A stretch of 64,000 nt of DNA. Origin: a virus. The notes under the pieces are model-generated. The model was not told the origin of the DNA. It did not search any database and saw only the letters and a list, made by a program, of their open reading frames with translations. The position numbers and the translations under genes were made by a program. The DNA lies in the IMG/VR virus record IMGVR_UViG_3300049489_001303, positions 32,001 to 96,000 of that record, one strand, 5' to 3'. Positions 58,564-64,000 of the stretch are shown piece after piece (the stretch's first letter is position 1; each line of letters starts with the position of its first letter).

Positions 58564-59781
58564 ATGGCTTCAGAAAAGAAAGCAGACGTCAAGTACACCG
58601 AGATTCTCGACATTCCGCAGGTGACCATCAGCGAAGCCGAAGCGCATCTGCGCCTCAGCCTCGATTCAAATCAGCACCGCGGGGCTGTCATTCTGGTGGG
58701 AGAATCCGGCCTGGGAAAGACACAGATTGTTCAGCAGATTGCCGAGTCCACCGGACGCCGCCTGGCTATGTTAAATCTGGCGCAGTTCCTGACCATGGGA
58801 GCCGGTGTCCCACAGCGAACAGAGACCGGACACTTCACCATCGCCGTTCCAGATTTCTTTCCCAAACCGGGGGAGAAAGCCATCCTGTTCTGCGATGAAG
58901 TAAACCAGGGGGCTCCTCACTCCCTGGCTATGTTCTACAATCTGATTGAGGATCGTAGACTGTACAACTACGTGCTCCCCGACGATTGTTTGATCGTGGG
59001 CGCCATGAACCCCTCCGGAGGTTCCTACGCCGTGAGCGCCATTGAGCGCTCCCCCGCCTTCCGCCGGCGAGTGAAGTTCATGTACGTCATATCGGACTTC
59101 CGAGGATGGCTGGGACATGCAGCATCCACAGCGTTCCACAACGGAAGCAAGGGGCCGGCAAAGGGCAAAGCCTGTCATCCGAATGTTCTGGCATTCATAC
59201 GCGCCCACCCATCGGCACTGTACGATGGCCGCGCCAGAGACGCTGGCAAGCAGTACACCTGTCCCGCCACCGTGGAAACGGTATCAGAGGACTGCTGGAA
59301 TATGTTGGCCAACTGTGCTCATGCGCTGGACAGTGACTTCGCACACACACGATTCGCCTCGTCGATCGGTAACGCCATGGCCACCCAGCTGTGCGAGTAT
59401 ATCCGTGACAGCAGCACCACCATCGGCGCCGACGAGGTATTGACGAAGTACAAGACTGTGCAGGAAAAAGTGATTCAACTCCGGGACAATTCCGGGCAAG
59501 CCCAACTGGCGGACCTCTCTACAAACGTGGTGCAACTCATGTTCGCGACTACGCCCGACGTGGAAAAGACCGCGGACAACTTCCTGGCCTTTCTGCGAGA
59601 TCTTCCCAGGGATCAAATGGCCTCAGTCTGCACGTCCTTACGCACTGTCGCCTCAAACACCAACAGTATGGTCTACTTCCGACAGTTCATTATTGAGCTT
59701 AATGGGCGCCCGGATTGGTGTGCAATACAACAAGACATGGACCAGACTCACAGGTCCATTGCAGACAGTCTTCCGGCTTAA
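58564..59781 (+). CDS. MoxR-like AAA+ ATPase
   Basis: GESGLGKT, LFCDEVN, GAMNP, PAFRRR. Confidence 0.85.
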   Translation: MASEKKADVKYTEILDIPQVTISEAEAHLRLSLDSNQHRGAVILVGESGLGKTQIVQQIAESTGRRLAMLNLAQFLTMGAGVPQRTETGHFTIAVPDFFPKPGEKAILFCDEVNQGAPHSLAMFYNLIEDRRLYNYVLPDDCLIVGAMNPSGGSYAVSAIERSPAFRRRVKFMYVISDFRGWLGHAASTAFHNGSKGPAKGKACHPNVLAFIRAHPSALYDGRARDAGKQYTCPATVETVSEDCWNMLANCAHALDSDFAHTRFASSIGNAMATQLCEYIRDSSTTIGADEVLTKYKTVQEKVIQLRDNSGQAQLADLSTNVVQLMFATTPDVEKTADNFLAFLRDLPRDQMASVCTSLRTVASNTNSMVYFRQFIIELNGRPDWCAIQQDMDQTHRSIADSLPA

Positions 59782-60536
59782 TCGACGGAAGTCAGTCTAC
59801 TCACCTCAGCAGCCATGTGCTGTGCCCTCAAATTAACGTACAGATAGCAAGACGCCAATTGTGCTAACTGAACGTCCAAAGCGTCCTCTCCGAAGCGTCG
59901 TTCGGAGAGGGCTTTCTTATCCAGATGTGCCCAACTCTTTTTTACCTCTCGGGCAAAATCTCGGTTCTCTTCCGGGAGCATATCCAGGAGGGCTTCCTCG
60001 GCCGACTCCAGGCTTCTGGGGGGTGTCACATAGCCTGCCCGGAGAAGGCAGACAGCGATGTACTGCTGAACGTCCTCATCGACCTCTGGCCGAGCCTCAC
60101 TGTCCGGGTCCATACCTCGCAGCAGAATAGCTTCGTACATTGCCCAAGACATCTGCGCAGGGTGGCATTCCAGAAGGCATTCAGGATCGAACATCTCCCC
60201 ACACAGGGACTTAACTCCGCGCTGAAACACCAGATTATCCCAGAAGAATGCCGGGTTACGGATGATAGAAATGGCTGCCATGATCCTGTTGCGGTCTTCC
60301 AGCGACAAGTCGAGCACGTGGTCTCTCAACAGTGTCATCCACAGTGTTTCAGGTTCCCAATAGAGAAAGTCTACACCGTAAAGAGCCCGCAAGGCCATGA
60401 TTAAGGCAGTGGCTGTGGAGTCATCGGACGTTCGAAGAACTTCGACAGCTTGCCCGTTGGCTGACGCCAGTTTACATATCTCAGGGGCAGCGGTTGGCAT
60501 CCACTCAGTTATGCTGGCGAGATCCTCTTCAATCAT
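59778..60536 (-). CDS. Hypothetical protein (probably virion)
   Basis: 252 aa, coupled to 60533..61528; KLAS. Confidence 0.65.
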   Translation of the reverse strand: MIEEDLASITEWMPTAAPEICKLASANGQAVEVLRTSDDSTATALIMALRALYGVDFLYWEPETLWMTLLRDHVLDLSLEDRNRIMAAISIIRNPAFFWDNLVFQRGVKSLCGEMFDPECLLECHPAQMSWAMYEAILLRGMDPDSEARPEVDEDVQQYIAVCLLRAGYVTPPRSLESAEEALLDMLPEENRDFAREVKKSWAHLDKKALSERRFGEDALDVQLAQLASCYLYVNLRAQHMAAEVSRLTSVD

Positions 60537-61528
60537 TTGCTGTAGGCTGCCAGTTGGCGTTCCAGGGTAGCTTTCATATCCGCGGGGAGCGTTGGGAGGA
60601 TCTGCTCGAGAGTCGCCAGGTCCACATGACCATTCGGGGCAATCTCCTTCGCAATGTCTTCTCCCAGAGCGTCCTGCCAGAAGGACAGTGGCAGACCCAT
60701 GAGAAGTGTTTTATTCTGCAGAGCACCCGCGGCCTTTGTGAACTGGGACGAGAACGCCGCCGTGTTGAACACCGTGCGGATGGGATCGTACAGCTTCTTG
60801 TCATAGAAGCCTTCCAGCCCCGCCTGTTTGTCCAGCACATCGATGAGCTTGGCCAGCTTGATCTGCTCTGAGCGGTCCATCAAGTAGGGCTGCACGCCGT
60901 TGACATCTTCAGCCAGCTTGGCAAACACCGGGGCGAGGGGGGAAGCAACCTTGATAGCAGCAACCTCACGCGCACGGATGCGATCGCGCAGAACCTGGGT
61001 GTCTGTGATTGTAAATCCAGCAAGTTTTTGGGTATCAGGCTGTAGCTCGACACCATAATGTTCGGCTATCTTCAGGAGGTTATAGCCAGCCTCGGTGCGG
61101 TCCTCAACCGTCATCTCAGCATACTTGTAGTGGTACGCCCCCTCGACCTCTCTGACATCCGCGGCAGATTTGACGGCAAAGCGCCTCTTCTCCGGGAGGA
61201 GGTAGTCCTCATGAGCTGCAACTTTGACCTGCTCGGACAACGCCGGAATATCGTACAGCTCTACGGCGTCGTTGAGTGTCTGCCTGACGTGGCGGGGAAG
61301 CTCTGAGGCCACTTTGCTATAGCCATAGGAGAGCGCTGTATGCTCCCGATTGTGAATGGGGAACATGCGCTTTTCCGGCCATGCAAATGCTTCTTTGGGG
61401 AGTCCTGCGAAGTCCTCGGGCGCCATACTGGCGGTCTTACACATCTCACGAATCTCGGGAAAACGATCAACTACTACGTGCAAATAGGCGTAACCCGGAT
61501 CTTTTGTCTGGTCTACTAACATAGTCAC
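60533..61528 (-). CDS. Head-associated hypothetical protein
   Basis: About 11 K-x-A motifs; duplicated PEKR.F module; promoter TTGCTT-N17-TATAAT; likely start ATG 61522. Confidence 0.65.
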   Translation of the reverse strand: MTMLVDQTKDPGYAYLHVVVDRFPEIREMCKTASMAPEDFAGLPKEAFAWPEKRMFPIHNREHTALSYGYSKVASELPRHVRQTLNDAVELYDIPALSEQVKVAAHEDYLLPEKRRFAVKSAADVREVEGAYHYKYAEMTVEDRTEAGYNLLKIAEHYGVELQPDTQKLAGFTITDTQVLRDRIRAREVAAIKVASPLAPVFAKLAEDVNGVQPYLMDRSEQIKLAKLIDVLDKQAGLEGFYDKKLYDPIRTVFNTAAFSSQFTKAAGALQNKTLLMGLPLSFWQDALGEDIAKEIAPNGHVDLATLEQILPTLPADMKATLERQLAAYSK

Positions 61529-61597
61529 CTCACGGTTGGCGAAACGCTAACTACGTGAATTATAGCTTTGCAAACATTGTAAAGCAAGGAGTAATGA

Positions 61598-63172
61598 ATG
61601 ACTGCTGAAAACGGTAAGTCTCTCTTCAACATCCCCCCTGATGAAAAGCTGAGCGCCTGGCTGGCCTGGCTGTTCTCCCCACGTGGCGGCAGCAACTTCT
61701 GGGGGCGCATCCTGAATGGGTGCGACCGCCGAATTGAGCGGGGCATGGGAACCATGGCCGTGGCAATGTCCAAGAGGGGAAAGTACACATTCCTGTGGGA
61801 TCCGGAATGCGTCAAAGATATGCCCGACGCGGAGGGCATGATGACTCTGGTCCATGAGGCTGCCCATCTGGCCTACTGCCACCTGGAACGTATGCTGACC
61901 CTAAAGAACCGCCTGGCTGATCCTGCGAAGTTCCGGCATCTGATGCCCATCTATAACATCGCAGCCGACATGGTTGTCAACGACATCGCCGTGCGCCCAA
62001 TGCTCAAGGACTCCAAAATCAAGGGTGAGCAATACAAAGATCGCTTTGTGTTTCCCGAGAATAACGACCCGAACAACCCTCGACGAAGTTACCCTCCAGG
62101 AAAAACCTTTGAAGAGTACGTGGCTCTTCTGCTGGAGGACCTCAAGAAGCCCCCACCGCCGCAATCAGGTGACTCCAATGATCCTGGGAAGCAATCAGGT
62201 GGCGCCAGTAGTTCTAAGAAGCAATCAGGTAACTCTTCTGCCACCAAGAAGGAACCTTCCAATGAAGATGGGGAAGGTGGCAGTGGTGAGGGTAGTGAAG
62301 ATGACGAAGACTCAGACTACAGCACAGAGCTGGCCGAGAGTCCTTCTGAAGAAGAGTTCCCTCAATGGTTACTCGACGAGCTGTCCAAGGGCATGCCCCA
62401 CATTGCATGGGAGAAGGTCTTTGAAGAAGCTACTGACGGGGAGGTTGAACGGGCCATTGATAATGCTCACAAGCAGGCGCAGAGCCTCGTGCGTAAGGCT
62501 ATAGCCGCACACGAGAAAAGCTGTGGAAGCCTCCCACTGAGTATACGCACGGCGACCGACAGCCTGCTGGAAGAACCTAAGGTTCCATGGCAACAGGTGC
62601 TCAGGTCTCATCTACGGTCGGCTGTAACCTACAAGATGTATGATAGCCTGGTGATGCCCAGCATGGCGCTGATAAGCTGTGACGAATATGAGCCTTATCC
62701 AGGCCTGCAACCCGAAATGATCTTCGTCATCAAGGCCTACTTCGACACCTCCGGAAGTATGTCACACAGTGACTTCCGGGATTGCTGCAGTGAGCTGGCC
62801 GGAATCATAAGGGACGTAGAGGGTGTCTCTGTCCGGCTCATCATGTTCGACGCCGGGCTCCAGTTTGAGGCCAACGTGAGTAGTGATGATGAGGATCTTC
62901 AAGAAATGCGCACCAGGCTGCGCTACGGTGGGGGTGGTACTTCGTTCAATGAGCCAATGAAAAATCTGGCTGGAATAGACACCGACGACGATTGGGTGCG
63001 GGGAGCTATACGCCTCCCGGAAAACCCCAAAGCAGACATGGGGATCATGTTCACTGACGGATACGCTCCCATGCCTGAAGACTTACCTGACGTGCCTGTT
63101 ATCTGGTGCCTTACCCGAAACGGGAGAGAGGACTCCGTTATGAACATTGTAGTCAGAATGGAAGACCAATGA
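61598..63172 (+). CDS. Metallopeptidase-like (HExxH) plus VWA-like domain protein, MoxR partner
   Basis: HEAAH, NIAAD..VN; MIDAS DTSGSM, GGGTSF, FTDGY. Confidence 0.85.
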   Translation: MTAENGKSLFNIPPDEKLSAWLAWLFSPRGGSNFWGRILNGCDRRIERGMGTMAVAMSKRGKYTFLWDPECVKDMPDAEGMMTLVHEAAHLAYCHLERMLTLKNRLADPAKFRHLMPIYNIAADMVVNDIAVRPMLKDSKIKGEQYKDRFVFPENNDPNNPRRSYPPGKTFEEYVALLLEDLKKPPPPQSGDSNDPGKQSGGASSSKKQSGNSSATKKEPSNEDGEGGSGEGSEDDEDSDYSTELAESPSEEEFPQWLLDELSKGMPHIAWEKVFEEATDGEVERAIDNAHKQAQSLVRKAIAAHEKSCGSLPLSIRTATDSLLEEPKVPWQQVLRSHLRSAVTYKMYDSLVMPSMALISCDEYEPYPGLQPEMIFVIKAYFDTSGSMSHSDFRDCCSELAGIIRDVEGVSVRLIMFDAGLQFEANVSSDDEDLQEMRTRLRYGGGGTSFNEPMKNLAGIDTDDDWVRGAIRLPENPKADMGIMFTDGYAPMPEDLPDVPVIWCLTRNGREDSVMNIVVRMEDQ

Positions 63173-63750
63173 TCTACTTGGTCAGATCCAGGGGCGTAAC
63201 TCTCAACCGGTTGCGCCACACACCAGTCATCAGATTTCCCTTCAACACTTGCTACATCGCCAAGACCGGCGCCCCCGATACTCAACGACTTCTTAGGGCC
63301 CTCAAGTACGCAGTCACTATTCCGGTAACCTCCGGCATGGTGAGTGCCCTGGGAGGACTCCTGTCGTGCACCATTACCACGTTCGAAGGTATGGGTGGGT
63401 CTCGACCGGTGATAACAGCCGACATACGCAACATCCTACCCCGCCTGGCAGAAGAAAGGGACGACCCTTCGTTCATAATCCCCCTGTATCTTCAGGCAGA
63501 TGAGAATCGGGAATACCGTGGCAGACGACCTCTGACTAAGGCCTTCCGTCCCGGATACTGGGTGAGGGAAAGCCTCCCTGAAGTCGTCCCGGAGATGACA
63601 CTGCATCAACTCAATCAGAAGCCAATCAGTGCCTGCTCCAAATGTTTGAATGTCATTGACCTACACTCAGGAGACTGCTCACCCGGCTCCACCGCGTGCC
63701 AGCGCTCTATGTGTATCATTGTTACTCCGGAGAAGCCATGCACAGAGTAA
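63169..63750 (+). CDS. Hypothetical protein with C-terminal Cys cluster
   Basis: ATGA overlap with the VWA gene; C..C...C....C. Confidence 0.55.
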   Translation: MIYLVRSRGVTLNRLRHTPVIRFPFNTCYIAKTGAPDTQRLLRALKYAVTIPVTSGMVSALGGLLSCTITTFEGMGGSRPVITADIRNILPRLAEERDDPSFIIPLYLQADENREYRGRRPLTKAFRPGYWVRESLPEVVPEMTLHQLNQKPISACSKCLNVIDLHSGDCSPGSTACQRSMCIIVTPEKPCTE

Positions 63751-64000
63751 GTTTCGAAGAAATAGATCCCACTGGATTTCCTGAGAATCTTCCCTTCATC
63801 ATAGACGACGTAACGCTGGCAACCACACTGAACACTTCCCTTAAGGGGCTCTGGAGTGTGCTGCACAACGTGAATGGACAATATCGCGTCTTCCCGCTGG
63901 ATAATGGTAAAGGCAAGATCCGAATAATCCACGCCCCGTCACCATTCATGAAATGGCTTTCCACAAATCTCAGGTACACCCTGCTGGAGCCCCTTCAGGA
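63738..64000 (+). CDS. Reverse transcriptase, retron-like N-terminus (partial)
   Basis: Not in the ORF track. Manual translation MHRVSF...LATTLNTSLKGLWSVLHNVNGQYRVFPLDNGKGKIRIIHAPSPFMKWLSTNLRYTLLEPLQ matches the Y..F.I.K..G..R.I.AP...LK..Q pattern of RT domains 0/1. GGAG SD. Confidence 0.65.
   Translation, partial: MHRVSFEEIDPTGFPENLPFIIDDVTLATTLNTSLKGLWSVLHNVNGQYRVFPLDNGKGKIRIIHAPSPFMKWLSTNLRYTLLEPLQ

Noticed and set aside
1-64000. Stop-codon recoding, tRNAs, chimallin/PhuZ nucleus genes, integrase
   Set aside because: Genes are intact in code 11 and use all three stops. None of these elements was recognisable by eye, although divergent ones could be missed.
63738-64000. Diversity-generating retroelement
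   Set aside because: No TR/VR repeat pair was noticed, and the visible N-terminus looks more retron-like. It cannot be fully excluded because the gene is truncated.

Overview
The window is an uninterrupted, gene-dense 64 kb segment of a large myovirus-type tailed phage genome (Caudoviricetes, probably a jumbo phage). It uses the standard genetic code. I saw no host housekeeping genes, tRNA/rRNA genes or CRISPR array. The minus strand carries mostly virion genes: baseplate spike, tail tube and sheath, neck proteins, major capsid, prohead protease, portal and large terminase. It also carries about 15 uncharacterised proteins rich in a K-x-A tripeptide, a sigma70-family factor with zinc-ribbon inserts, and a phage two-barrel RNA polymerase. 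The polymerase is arranged as a beta+beta'(N) fusion and a separate beta'(C) gene, with a ligase-less LigD-like primase-polymerase/phosphoesterase gene overlapping both. The plus strand carries mostly DNA metabolism: SNF2 helicase, two PD-(D/E)XK nucleases, a ParB-like protein, a TOPRIM primase fused to a P-loop NTPase, and a family A DNA polymerase with a UDG-like N-terminus. It also carries an amidase, a MoxR/VWA pair and, cut off at the right edge, the start of a retron-like reverse transcriptase. The best candidate for an undescribed system is a virion-packaged, protease-matured (K-x-A) module that couples transcription and DNA end-processing (RNAP plus AEP-PE), delivered with glycine-zipper ejection proteins. 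A second candidate is three tiny plus-strand cassettes whose ribosome-binding sites are locked in hairpins. All calls come from motif recognition by eye; no database searches were run.
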